From a virus, in IMG/VR virus record IMGVR_UViG_3300017971_000265, positions 1 through 64,000 of that record: DNA of 64,000 nucleotides. One strand, written 5' to 3'. The notes under the pieces were generated by a model. It was not told where the DNA came from. It saw only the letters and a list, made by a program, of their open reading frames with translations, and searched no databases. Positions 7,428-17,400 of this stretch are shown here, in pieces; within the stretch, counting starts at the first letter, position 1, and the number at the start of each line of letters is the position of its first letter. The position numbers were made by a program, and so were the translations under genes.

Positions 7428-7643
7428 ATGGTTGCGGTAAGAATCAGTGTAGAGTCTCAAACGCTAGATTTATGTGATCAATTTATGGAAAAATATCCTG
7501 GCGAGTTTGAGCCGTATGAACATGAGTTCATCTCGGGAATTAAAGCGTCTCCAGTTCCGGGGCGATGGTATTTTGTTTTCAATTCTATCCTAGATAAAAT
7601 GGAAGCGTTATGGAGTGCCGAGAGAGGGATGTTGATATACTAA
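7428..7643 (+). CDS. Hypothetical protein
   Basis: AGGAGG RBS. Confidence 0.6.
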   Translation: MVAVRISVESQTLDLCDQFMEKYPGEFEPYEHEFISGIKASPVPGRWYFVFNSILDKMEALWSAERGMLIY

Positions 7644-7769
7644 GGATTAGCTTCTCACCGTCTTCCCAAGCTTGGGCAAAAAGCGGGCTTTTCGGCAAAG
7701 AAACATACGTGCCGTGTCGAATGTGTGGCGGCACGGGCAGATTGCATCTAGCAAGTAAGGATATGAACC

Positions 7770-7997
7770 ATGGCTAAAATCCACTATTCCGGGGCGGTTA
7801 GAACGCCGAGGACGAAAATCCTACCAGGTTGGGCCGCGTGCTGTTCTGGCCCGAAGGCCGACAAGATACGTGCCGATGGGAATAACACCGCAGATCCCGA
7901 TAAGGTTACGTGTGCGGCGTGCCTCTGCGTGATGGCCAAGGATAAGAGCATTTTCAACACAAAGTACGAAGACCCCTGTGCTTTGGGGCATGAGTAA
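7770..7997 (+). CDS. Small Cys-containing hypothetical protein
   Basis: VTCAAC motif; stop overlaps the next start (TAATG). Confidence 0.6.
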   Translation: MAKIHYSGAVRTPRTKILPGWAACCSGPKADKIRADGNNTADPDKVTCAACLCVMAKDKSIFNTKYEDPCALGHE

Positions 7998-8248
7998 TGC
8001 CAGCCCTGTTCGAGTATGAGATGGCACTGGCGGCAGTGGACCCCTGGAAGCTGCGGGAAGATGGTTCTAATAACTGGAGCGTCCACTACTTCGACAGGCT
8101 TGGACGATGGACTGCCAGCGCAACAGGGATGAGCAAACACGAGGCAATGAAGAAGGCAAGAAACGCAAGGCGACGGGCCAGGAAGGAGGTCTCTGCCCTG
8201 TTAACCCGCCGGGAACCGTTTGACAGCCGTGAGACGGTTTGCAGGTAG
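7997..8248 (+). CDS. Hypothetical protein
   Basis: Translationally coupled to the upstream ORF. Confidence 0.55.
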   Translation: MPALFEYEMALAAVDPWKLREDGSNNWSVHYFDRLGRWTASATGMSKHEAMKKARNARRRARKEVSALLTRREPFDSRETVCR

Positions 8249-8303
8249 AGATCAATGACGCCATACTACAAAACGGTGAGTTGTGGCAGGAAGAGAAAGA
8301 CGA

Positions 8304-8861
8304 ATGAAAGCACTTACCCTTCATCCTGAGTGGATCTTTCCTATCTTAGAATTGGACAAAGACGTCGAGAATCGGTCCTGGGCTCCTCCAAGAGCTATGG
8401 TGAATCAGGATTTTGCGATCCATGCTGGGGCAAACATAGGGGGAACTACCTCTGCTTCAAACATAGTAGATGCTCTCTACGATGTTATGCACATGGCACG
8501 GGCGGCGAGATGGCAAGTGAGCGGAAAGCCCTGGGGGGTGATGAGGTTTCAGAAGGGCGGGGAGGAACGTAGATGGAGCGGACGGAATATTGTGAAGAGT
8601 TGCGTCGTTGCAGTTGCCAAGATCGTGGCAGTATTCGATCCTGGTGGAAGTGTTGAGGTTCATGAATACAGACGGGCAAAGGGATCGTCATCTTTTCCAC
8701 GGGTACAGGGATCATCGTGGGGGGTCAATGGTCAATATCAGTGGGTATTAGGTGAGGTGCGTCCCCTCGTGCCTATTCCTTGTCGGGGCCATCAAAGGTT
8801 TTGGGAGATTGCGCCGGATATAGAGGAGGAGGTTCTTGCCCAGATTTCCCCACGAGACTGA
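8304..8861 (+). CDS. ASCH/PUA-like domain protein
   Basis: MKALTL..W...I...KDVENRSW, AIHAG and PIPCRG.Q.FW motifs. Confidence 0.8.
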   Translation: MKALTLHPEWIFPILELDKDVENRSWAPPRAMVNQDFAIHAGANIGGTTSASNIVDALYDVMHMARAARWQVSGKPWGVMRFQKGGEERRWSGRNIVKSCVVAVAKIVAVFDPGGSVEVHEYRRAKGSSSFPRVQGSSWGVNGQYQWVLGEVRPLVPIPCRGHQRFWEIAPDIEEEVLAQISPRD

Positions 8862-10386
8862 GTGGAGAGTGATTAGGGGGGATTGTGTCGACGTCATGGC
8901 CGAGATGGATCATAGTGTTGACGCGATAGTGACAGATCCCCCCTATGGTCTCGGTTTTATGAATAAGGAATTTGATCAGTTGGGAAAGGGTAAGGAGCAG
9001 GAGAGGTGGCATTTGCGATGGGCCAAGGAGGCGTTTAGGGTACTTAGGCCAGGGGGACATCTGCTTGCGTTTGGAGGGACGAGAACGAGCCATAGATTAG
9101 CATGTGCCCTAGAAGATGCAGGATTTGAGCTGAGGGATACGGTTATGTGGCTTTATGCTGCAGGATTTCCAAAAAGCTTAGATGTGAGTAAGGCGATAGA
9201 CAAGGCGGCGGGGGCGGAGAGAGTAAGGGTTGGTCAAGGTAAGGGGCGAACGGAACAGGCAGCACAACCCAATGGTTCATCGTTTTCTGACGATAATTAC
9301 CAATGGCCCGGAGAATTTGATGTTACTGCCCCATCAACCAAGGAAGCCAAAAAGTGGGATGGATGGGGCACAGGTTTGAAGCCGAGTTATGAGCCGATTA
9401 TTCTGGCGCGAAAGCCGCTGGTTGGTACAGTGGTCAGGAATGTTTTGGAGCATGGATGTGGGGCGATCAATATTGACGGGTGCAGGATTGCGACAAGGGA
9501 TAATTTGAACGGCGGGGCTTATGCGAAAGATGCTACGGATCGAAGTGATTATAAAGATTGGAGGTTCAAACGTGGTGAGAAGGGTAATGCTGGTGAGTAC
9601 ACACAACCACCTGGTCGCTGGCCAGCAAATGTCGTCTTGAGTCATCATCCTATGTGTGAGCGGGCAGGAACGAAAAAAGTGAAGGGGAGTGGAACATCAA
9701 AAACTTTCCATGATTCGTATGAGGGGGAATCGGCTACAAAATTTCTTAGAGGGTATTCATGCCCAGGAAACCAACATGCCGATGAGAACGGTTTAGAAGA
9801 AGTAGAAGATTGGGATTGTCATCCTGAGTGCCCCATTCGGTTGCTAAATGAACAGGCCGGTCCCAGGAAGACGGGTGATTTTTGCATAAAAAAAACAAGC
9901 GGCAGCGATAGAAGGGGAAATCAGGGGGCTGCTTATGGTGCGGAGAGTCGTGCATCGGGTGCTGTTATGATATGCCATAGGGATCAGACAAACGATGCGT
10001 CTCGTTTTTTCAAAACTTTCGGTGAGAATTGTTTCTATTATTGTGGCAAGGCTTCAAAGTCGGAGCGTAATGCAGGGTTGTGTGAAGCGAATCGGCACCC
10101 TACCGTGAAGCCAATTGAGTTGATGCGTTATTTGTGTCGTCTCATTACTCCTATGGGCGGCACTGTTCTTGATCCGTTTTGTGGTTCTGGTTCAACGGGA
10201 GTTGCGGCGAGATTGGAAGGTTTTGATTTTGTCGGGATCGAGAGAGAGGATGAGTCAGCCGAGGTTGCTGAGAAGCGTATCGAGGCAGTGATGTTATATG
10301 TGCGGGACCGGGATGGGAGGCCAGCTCATTCTAAAAAGCCGCAGAAAATCAAGATCCCGAGGGGGCAGTTGGATCTCGACTTTTAG
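8836..10386 (+). CDS. DNA N6/N4 methyltransferase (beta class, long insertion)
   Basis: DPPY, GFPKS, GRWPANV, HPTVKP and DPFCGSGST motifs. Confidence 0.9.
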   Translation: MPRFPHETEWRVIRGDCVDVMAEMDHSVDAIVTDPPYGLGFMNKEFDQLGKGKEQERWHLRWAKEAFRVLRPGGHLLAFGGTRTSHRLACALEDAGFELRDTVMWLYAAGFPKSLDVSKAIDKAAGAERVRVGQGKGRTEQAAQPNGSSFSDDNYQWPGEFDVTAPSTKEAKKWDGWGTGLKPSYEPIILARKPLVGTVVRNVLEHGCGAINIDGCRIATRDNLNGGAYAKDATDRSDYKDWRFKRGEKGNAGEYTQPPGRWPANVVLSHHPMCERAGTKKVKGSGTSKTFHDSYEGESATKFLRGYSCPGNQHADENGLEEVEDWDCHPECPIRLLNEQAGPRKTGDFCIKKTSGSDRRGNQGAAYGAESRASGAVMICHRDQTNDASRFFKTFGENCFYYCGKASKSERNAGLCEANRHPTVKPIELMRYLCRLITPMGGTVLDPFCGSGSTGVAARLEGFDFVGIEREDESAEVAEKRIEAVMLYVRDRDGRPAHSKKPQKIKIPRGQLDLDF

Positions 10387-10443
10387 GTGTGAAACCTTGA
10401 TTATCTTCTAGTTCCTCTATACGTTCAGTAATAGAGGAGAGTT

Positions 10444-11193
10444 ATGACACTATCTGAAGTCAATAGTATTTTGGAGACGGCTCTGTTCCGCCTATCCGAG
10501 GCTACGAAGCATGTGGAGGGCGACAAGTGGGAGTTGGATGGCAAACAGGGCATATGGCGTACTGTGAGGGGACGTCGCATGTTCTTTCCCGACGATGGGA
10601 GCGATCCCGTTGGAATGCCCAGCGCTATGAAACTTGCCCCAGCCAAGAAGCTCATGAAAACGGCCAAGGGGGGAGGAGAAGGTGCCGGGGGTGATCTTGG
10701 TACTGAGACTGCCCAGAAGGCCGTGTCAGGGGCTAGGGAAGAACTGGATGATGCAGTAGGTGGGTCTGGAGAATCGGCCATAGAAGAGCTAGAGAATGGC
10801 TCAGAGGAAGAGCAGGAGGCTCTGGATAAATTTGATAGGGGTGGCAGTTTGGGCGGGAAAGATAGGAAGACGCTGGCGAGGGGAGGGGTACAGGCTGCGC
10901 TAGGGCTTGGTTTAGGCGCGGCGATCATGGGAGCACTTCCTACCCTCTTAGCGTTTGCTACGATGTACCTGGTTGCTACATATGCAGTTGACAAAGTGGC
11001 GAAAAAACTGGGGGAAATTTTTGAGTCTAAGACGTCGAGACGAAAACGGCTCGCGACAGCTATTGAGGGGGGGATCAAAGAAACCTTGGCTGATATCTCT
11101 CGGGGTAGGGTTGATAAAAAAGCTCTAGCTAAGGCTCAGGCATTTGCTGCTCGCAAGGCCAAGGGGGGTAAGCGTGGAGTATCGTTACCTTGA
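10444..11193 (+). CDS. Putative internal head protein with class-B leader
   Basis: MTLSEVNSILETALFRLSE leader; GAGGAG RBS; hydrophobic segment near the C-terminus. Confidence 0.6.
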   Translation: MTLSEVNSILETALFRLSEATKHVEGDKWELDGKQGIWRTVRGRRMFFPDDGSDPVGMPSAMKLAPAKKLMKTAKGGGEGAGGDLGTETAQKAVSGAREELDDAVGGSGESAIEELENGSEEEQEALDKFDRGGSLGGKDRKTLARGGVQAALGLGLGAAIMGALPTLLAFATMYLVATYAVDKVAKKLGEIFESKTSRRKRLATAIEGGIKETLADISRGRVDKKALAKAQAFAARKAKGGKRGVSLP

Positions 11194-11330
11194 TATATAA
11201 AAACAATGAACGCATTTTTCGTATTTTGGAAAAAATACTGATGCATATTCTTTTTTGGATCTTGGTTTTGTTTGTTTCATGCCCTTTCTGGCTATCTCGA
11301 TCCTGTATGGAAGGCGCAGTTGAGAAAGAA

Positions 11331-11437
11331 ACGGCAAGAAAGGGCGAGGAATGAGACTAGTCTTAGTCGAGACTGGGGAGAAAAGGTTTGGTGAGAGATG
11401 GGAATTCCCAAGGGTCTTTCTCGTATGCGTGGAGATC
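11331..11437 (+). repeat. Dispersed element copy E7 (internally deleted leader plus one degenerate repeat)
   Basis: aggaatgagactagtcttagtcgagact...gatgggaattcccaagg gtctttctcgtatgcgtggag. Confidence 0.85.
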
Positions 11438-11440
11438 TAG

Positions 11441-12142
11441 ATGCGCCTGAGACGTCGTACATACCTGGCCGAGGCCACTTATGAGCGTGATAAGAGAATT
11501 CGTGATGTTGCTGAAAAATTCTATCGGCAATTGCTGTCATATCTAAAGAAATACCCCGATGAGTTAGTGCCGAGGCGAGATGGTGGCTTTTCTGTTCATG
11601 CCGCTGAGTTTTGGGACCATCCCTTGAGGAAGCATTTTGGTGTGGTTTTTATGCCTAAGCGGGGATCGGTGCAGGGGGGGATGGGTAGAGCTGGTAATAC
11701 AGACGTCTTGGTGCTTTATAATCTTATCGCACCGGGAAATCGAAAACATCTCTATACTCGAACCACAAGTCTCCACGATGTTGTCATTCATGAAATGGTT
11801 CACTTCCTAGATCCTGGCTCTAAGTATAAGGAGGGGACGGCAAAGAAGTATGATGCGGGACAACTCGATGCCAAGGCTTACTTTAATGATGCTGGGGAGT
11901 GGAATGCCTTTTGGCAAGAGGGTGCGGCGAAGTTGGAGCGCCTAATAAAGACTGATTTGGTCAAAAATCCTAAAGCAGTGACTCACTTTTTTGGTGATGG
12001 TTCTCTTCGAGCCCTACAGGATAGGGTCAATCGATTCTGGGACGTTATGTTTCTCCAAAGTATGAACAAGAAGACGAGGCGCAAATTTGATAAAAGGTTG
12101 GCTCAACTCTGGCTGAACCTGAAGAAGAAGGGGTTGCTATGA
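11441..12142 (+). CDS. Putative zincin-like metallopeptidase with class-A leader
   Basis: VIHEMVHFLD (HExxH) and downstream E; begins MRLRRRTYLAEA. Confidence 0.65.
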   Translation: MRLRRRTYLAEATYERDKRIRDVAEKFYRQLLSYLKKYPDELVPRRDGGFSVHAAEFWDHPLRKHFGVVFMPKRGSVQGGMGRAGNTDVLVLYNLIAPGNRKHLYTRTTSLHDVVIHEMVHFLDPGSKYKEGTAKKYDAGQLDAKAYFNDAGEWNAFWQEGAAKLERLIKTDLVKNPKAVTHFFGDGSLRALQDRVNRFWDVMFLQSMNKKTRRKFDKRLAQLWLNLKKKGLL

Positions 12143-12360
12143 CTCTGAGACGTCGCAGATATGTGGTTGAGACCGCGTTGATGGGGCTTACGAAATGGCA
12201 AACTGATCTAATAGCGGAGATCGGAATGTGGAGGGCACGGCTAAAGTTGTCGGACAGACAGGTTCAGGAATTGAGAAATATTGTGAACAAAACTAAGCCG
12301 AAGGCACGGGCAGAGAAAATGTTTAATGCTAAGATACGAGAGTTTTCTCAGGTTAGATGA
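12139..12360 (+). CDS. Small basic protein with class-A leader
   Basis: MTLRRRRYVVET; ATGA overlap. Confidence 0.7.
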   Translation: MTLRRRRYVVETALMGLTKWQTDLIAEIGMWRARLKLSDRQVQELRNIVNKTKPKARAEKMFNAKIREFSQVR

Positions 12361-12731
12361 TGGCTCGTAATCGAAAATTAGAATTGGAAAATATCGGCTC
12401 TGGACGCTGGCAGACGTCAGATGGTCGTTTTGCGATATTGAGAAGGCGCGTTCCAATTGATCCCTTAGGTGTGGGGGAGAAGTGGAAGGTTAAGAGTGAA
12501 TATTCGATCCATGACTTTAGGGATTATGATGGACCGAGGAATTTTATCGAGTTGGCCCCTGAGATAGGAAGGGTCGATTCATTTAGGGAGGCATTCCCTT
12601 GGTTGGGGCAATTTACCGGAGAGGGATCTTTTGAGCTTGGTAATCCCGAGAGGACAGAGGCTAAGCCAGTTGGCGGTTCCAGAAAGATACAAGAGACAAG
12701 AGACTTTCTCTGTATGATCTTCGAGGCATAG
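12357..12731 (+). CDS. Hypothetical protein
   Basis: Overlapping start and stop in an operon. Confidence 0.65.
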   Translation: MMARNRKLELENIGSGRWQTSDGRFAILRRRVPIDPLGVGEKWKVKSEYSIHDFRDYDGPRNFIELAPEIGRVDSFREAFPWLGQFTGEGSFELGNPERTEAKPVGGSRKIQETRDFLCMIFEA

Positions 12732-12859
12732 TGTGTTGTTTGTTCCCATGGTTGATATTTTAGGCATTTTGGGTTTAATCTTTATGTCATGGGTATGGAT
12801 ATGGAGCAATAGACGGATTCGGCCAATTAGGAGTAGGGATTTATGGATAGGGGCAAGAG

Positions 12860-13567
12860 ATGACGTCTTTTATAGACCTTTGGGGGCAATCTAAAAGATT
12901 TCGATCTTTGTTTTTGTATAACGGAATCTTCCCTTCTGCTGGCAAGGTAGATGTAGGGTTGGCCGAGCTATTGTGGTGGCAGAGATATCCCCAGATAGAG
13001 TGGGATTTTTGTGGCCATGAGGGTTGTAAAAAGCTTGTACCAGAGGGTGAGTGCTGTCCCGATCACGCATACGTTTGTGGGCGTTTACCTAGTTGGAAGT
13101 GGGGAGAGGGGACGTTATATCACTATCTAGTTCTGAACTCCAACCACGAGAAGCGGGCCGGTGGCGTTCCTCAATATCGTGCCTATTATAAGTGGATGGG
13201 GAGGAAGCTTTTTGGAAAAATCAGTAATGGATATCGTATTTATTGGGCAGATAGGAATCCATTTAATCTACGAGAAGACAATTTGATTGTTCTATCTCGA
13301 ATTGGTGTTGTTGCCATCGAAGAGGGTATTTTGACAGTGCCGGGTGCTATTGAGATGGACGACGCCTTGTCGGGGTTTATTGGAGAAAAATTCAAACTTC
13401 GTAGACCTCCACATCAATGGGTCTACACGTATCAGACGATTGCTGACGTTGTTAAGCGTCCCGTGGGAAGGATTAGGGATGCTGTTGTAAATGGATGGTT
13501 GGACCCTTCCAGTCTCGTCTCAGTGGTGGATTTTTGTCAAAAGTGCCTAAGATCGGATAATGTATAG
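12860..13567 (+). CDS. Hypothetical protein with degenerate HNH-like segment
   Basis: IYWADRNPFNLREDNLIVL resembles HNH D.N..N....NL but lacks the His residues. Confidence 0.55.
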   Translation: MTSFIDLWGQSKRFRSLFLYNGIFPSAGKVDVGLAELLWWQRYPQIEWDFCGHEGCKKLVPEGECCPDHAYVCGRLPSWKWGEGTLYHYLVLNSNHEKRAGGVPQYRAYYKWMGRKLFGKISNGYRIYWADRNPFNLREDNLIVLSRIGVVAIEEGILTVPGAIEMDDALSGFIGEKFKLRRPPHQWVYTYQTIADVVKRPVGRIRDAVVNGWLDPSSLVSVVDFCQKCLRSDNV

Positions 13568-14405
13568 AGAGATGGATGATTCTGATATGGATGAAGGCGT
13601 TACAAAAATCGAGGATTTGCGACAGCGATCCGGTGTGCCAGGAGATGGGGTAGTTCCTCAGCGTCCGCCTCGTAAAAGGCTTGTTGGTCGCAATCCCAGT
13701 TTTCAATTGCGAAGCCTGAAGTGTTTCGAAGATGTAGATTTGATGGTCAAGAAGGGGGAACTGATTCGTAGCATTGTCAGTTTTATACAACAGGACAAGA
13801 CGGATAGTGAGGGGAATCTTATAGAGGGTGAGCTAAAAGATATGTCGTCTAGTGCTGTGTGGCATCTTGTCAACAATTATCGAAAATACCTAATGTCAGA
13901 TGATGCTGTAGTAGACAAAGCAACCCCCCAGGATCGGCCCGAAGAAGAAGATCCATTTTTTGAGCTTTACAAGATGCAGGAGCATTTTAAGCTGATGGAT
14001 CAGCGGATCGCGATGGAGACAGCTACGGAGAAGAATCTTACTAAATTATTTAGTACGACACATAAGGAGTTTTTGACAGCGGCACGCCTGGGGGATCTCA
14101 TTATGATGAAGAAAGAAAAATTGGGGCTCTTACGGAAGGAGAGAGGTGGTGTACGTCAGCGTGTTGGCAGTGGCGCTCCTGGCCGATTAGATTTGTCCGA
14201 GATAGTTTCAAATCCAGAATCGAGACAGAGGGTGTTGGGTTTTGTAGAGGCCCTTTTTGGTGATCCCGAGCTTTTGGAGGAAATAGGGGGGAAGAAGAAA
14301 GAGGCAGAAGAGAAGCCGAAAAAAGTTAGGTCGAAGAGAGAGAAACGGAAACGAAGAATTTCACCGCGTCCTTCGAGCGGAACATTTGGCAAGCGTAAGA
14401 GATGA
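13560..14405 (+). CDS. Possible terminase small subunit
   Basis: Directly upstream of and overlapping the large terminase; helical, with basic C-terminus (synteny only). Confidence 0.45.
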   Translation: MYREMDDSDMDEGVTKIEDLRQRSGVPGDGVVPQRPPRKRLVGRNPSFQLRSLKCFEDVDLMVKKGELIRSIVSFIQQDKTDSEGNLIEGELKDMSSSAVWHLVNNYRKYLMSDDAVVDKATPQDRPEEEDPFFELYKMQEHFKLMDQRIAMETATEKNLTKLFSTTHKEFLTAARLGDLIMMKKEKLGLLRKERGGVRQRVGSGAPGRLDLSEIVSNPESRQRVLGFVEALFGDPELLEEIGGKKKEAEEKPKKVRSKREKRKRRISPRPSSGTFGKRKR

Positions 14406-17400
14406 TTACTTCTACACGGGGGGGTCGTCACCGGTCCAAGCTTACTCTTATGGAGAAGCGTCAAGATCTGGCTCGTCAGTGGGAAAGTATGTCGGAGATA
14501 GAGAAGGCTGGTGTTCGGCACATTATAGATGAGGTTGATTTTCTCGGCACAGAGAATGATGTGGGGTTTGAGACGCTTGCTGAAATGTTTAGCTGCTCAG
14601 AGGTTTATCACGGTATAGCGGGGGCACATTATGTGGACCGTATCGCATCGGTAGAGGAATTTGTGTTGGATAATTACTATTTGGGCCATGTGGGGAAGTA
14701 TCTATGGCCCAAGTGGTTGGCAGATTTGCAGGAAGTATTTGCTGGTCGATATACCGAGGTGATTGTTACGGGGGCAATTGGCTCAGGGAAATGCCTAGAT
14801 GGCAAGACTGAATTCTATGATCCGGTGAGGGGATGTAGGTTAGTTTTAAAAGAGGTTTGTGCGCGTGATGACGTCCATGTTGTAGCTTTTGATCAAGAAA
14901 CGAACACGACTGTGACCAAAAAGGCTAAGGTGAGATTATCTGGAGAAAAATATCTGGGCACACTTACTCTTGCTAGTGGGAAAGTGATCAGATTAAGTCC
15001 AGATCATCCAGTTCTTACTGAGAATGGATGGAGCCCTATTGGTGATATAACTATGGGGGAGCTAATAGCAACGGCGCGTTCAGTTCCAGCGCCGGATTTT
15101 TGTTATGATGTTTCAGATGAAGAGGTAGAGTTTGTTGCTTTTCTTCTTGCAGAAAAAAGAGGAGTACTTGCAGAAAAAAGAGGAGTACTTGCAGAAAAAA
15201 GAGAAGTAGGTGCAACTGAAAACATTGGCAAAACGATTTTTCATCCACGGGGGACGAGATGGGTTCAGCATAAGTATGGTTTGCATGAGACGTCTCATAG
15301 AAAGCGTATACCTCCTGAATTTTATGGTTTATCAGATGAGCAACTGGGACTTTTCCTTAATAGAATATGGGCTTGCGATGGAAGTATTAATATTGCAGCT
15401 ATAGCTACGTTTGAGATTTGTTTGGCGAGTGAGTTGTTTATTCGTGATATTCAGCAACTACTATTGAGATTTGGTATTCATTCTCAACTTCAAAAAGGAG
15501 AGGGAAGTGAAGATTGGCAGTTAACTATTTCTGGGGCCGAAAACATCGGCCCATTGTGTGCTGCATTGGGGCCTGTCTTGGGAAAGGAAAGTGCATGGAA
15601 AGAGGCCGCTGAGTGGGCAAGGGTTAATCAAGACAATTCCAATATTGAACTCACTAGAATCGGGATGGATTTTGAGTCGCCAGAGCGATGTTCTTGGTGG
15701 ACTGGCGTGTTTTGGGATCGGGTAGTTTCGTTTGATATAGATAATGAGATGAGCCCTGTCTATGACGTAGAAGTTCCTGGGCTTAAAAATTTTGCGCCGC
15801 ATAGTGTTATTGTTCACAATACTACTTTCTCTGATATTGGTATTGCGTACATGTTCTATGAATTGTGCATGTTGAGAGATCCACAGGCGACGTTTGGACT
15901 GATGCCAGGGTCGGAAATTGTTTTGGTCTGTTTCAACCGTGATAAAAAACTAGCTAGAGATGTTACGTTTGGGGGGTTGAAGCGCAAATTAGAGGTTAGT
16001 CCTTTTTTTAAAGAGTTAGGATGCAAGTTTGGTGGTTCTGAGTTGGTTTATCCAGATAAGAATATACGGATCATTGCTGTTTCGGTTCGTTCTGCCGACG
16101 CTTTGGGCAGGGATGTGTTTGGTGGAGTTATTGATGAGACAGAGTTTATGGAGGGGAGCATTTTGAAAGGGGGAGGTGGAGTAGCAGCGCCTGGGGAAAA
16201 ACCATTTGCTGAACTTTTGCATGAGTCGATTACGCGACGTATGAAGTCTCGTTATGAACGTGCAGGTGCTTTGCCTGGAAAGCTCTTTCTTTCATCGTCG
16301 GCGCGACATAAACAATCGTTTACGAATCGCCGCATCGCGAGTGCTGCGAATGATCCGGGAATTTTTTGTCGAGACTATGCCATCTATGACGTCGCTCCTG
16401 CTGAGCGATTTTCAAAGAAGCATTTCTGGGTCATGGTTGGGACCGAGCGTATCAAGCATAAAATATTTCATAGGCGGGAATTTAGAGCGCTAGGGGGTGA
16501 GGGTAGGAAACAACTGGAGGAAAAGGGTTGTCGATTTATCAAGGTGCCGGATAATTTTCGGCCTGATTTTGAGAGAAATATTGAGGATGCTATTCGGGAA
16601 ATTGCCGGAGTAGTGACGGTTGTATTATCTCCGTTCATCCAGATGAGAGATCGCATCTATGATGCCATTGATCCGACACTATTTCATCCCATGGGGTCTG
16701 AGGTGTGGCGTACCGATGAGGCGACTCAAATAGATTGGCGACGATTGGTAAAACTGTATGAGCGGCGTGTTGGGCCGGGTCGGTTAGTAGAAGAATTGAG
16801 GCCCATTCGGCACCCTGATGCTACGCGGCACGCGCATATTGATATCAGTTTGGGAGCAAGCGATCCGGCAGGAATATGTATTGCTCACGTGGTTGATACG
16901 ATAGACGTCGAGAGGAGGACAGAGGGGGGGAGGGAAGTTGTAGAGCAGGCTCCTTTGATTGAGGTGGATCTGATGTTGCGAATACTTCCTCCCCTTAACG
17001 GGGAGATCGATCTGGGATCTATTCGTGCCCTGGTCTATGATTTTGTAAAGCATGGTTATAATTTAACTTTTGTCTCGATGGATCTTAAGTTTTTGAGTGC
17101 TGATACCCTACAACAATTTGAGCATCAGGGAATTGATACTGAGGTTATCAGTGTGGACAAGACTATTCAGCCCTATACTTATTGCAAAACTGCCCTATAT
17201 GAGGGCCGGTTGAGTCTCTATGAATACCCCATTGTTTTACAGGAACTGGAGCAGTTACAGAGAGATGAAATAAAACAGAAAGTTGACCACGTGCCGGGTG
17301 GAAGTAAAGATGTATCTGATAGCCTGGCAGGCGTGGTTTTTAGTCTTTCCACCAAGCAGGCATATCGTGCTCCGATTATGAGAGGCATTAGTGAGTACGA

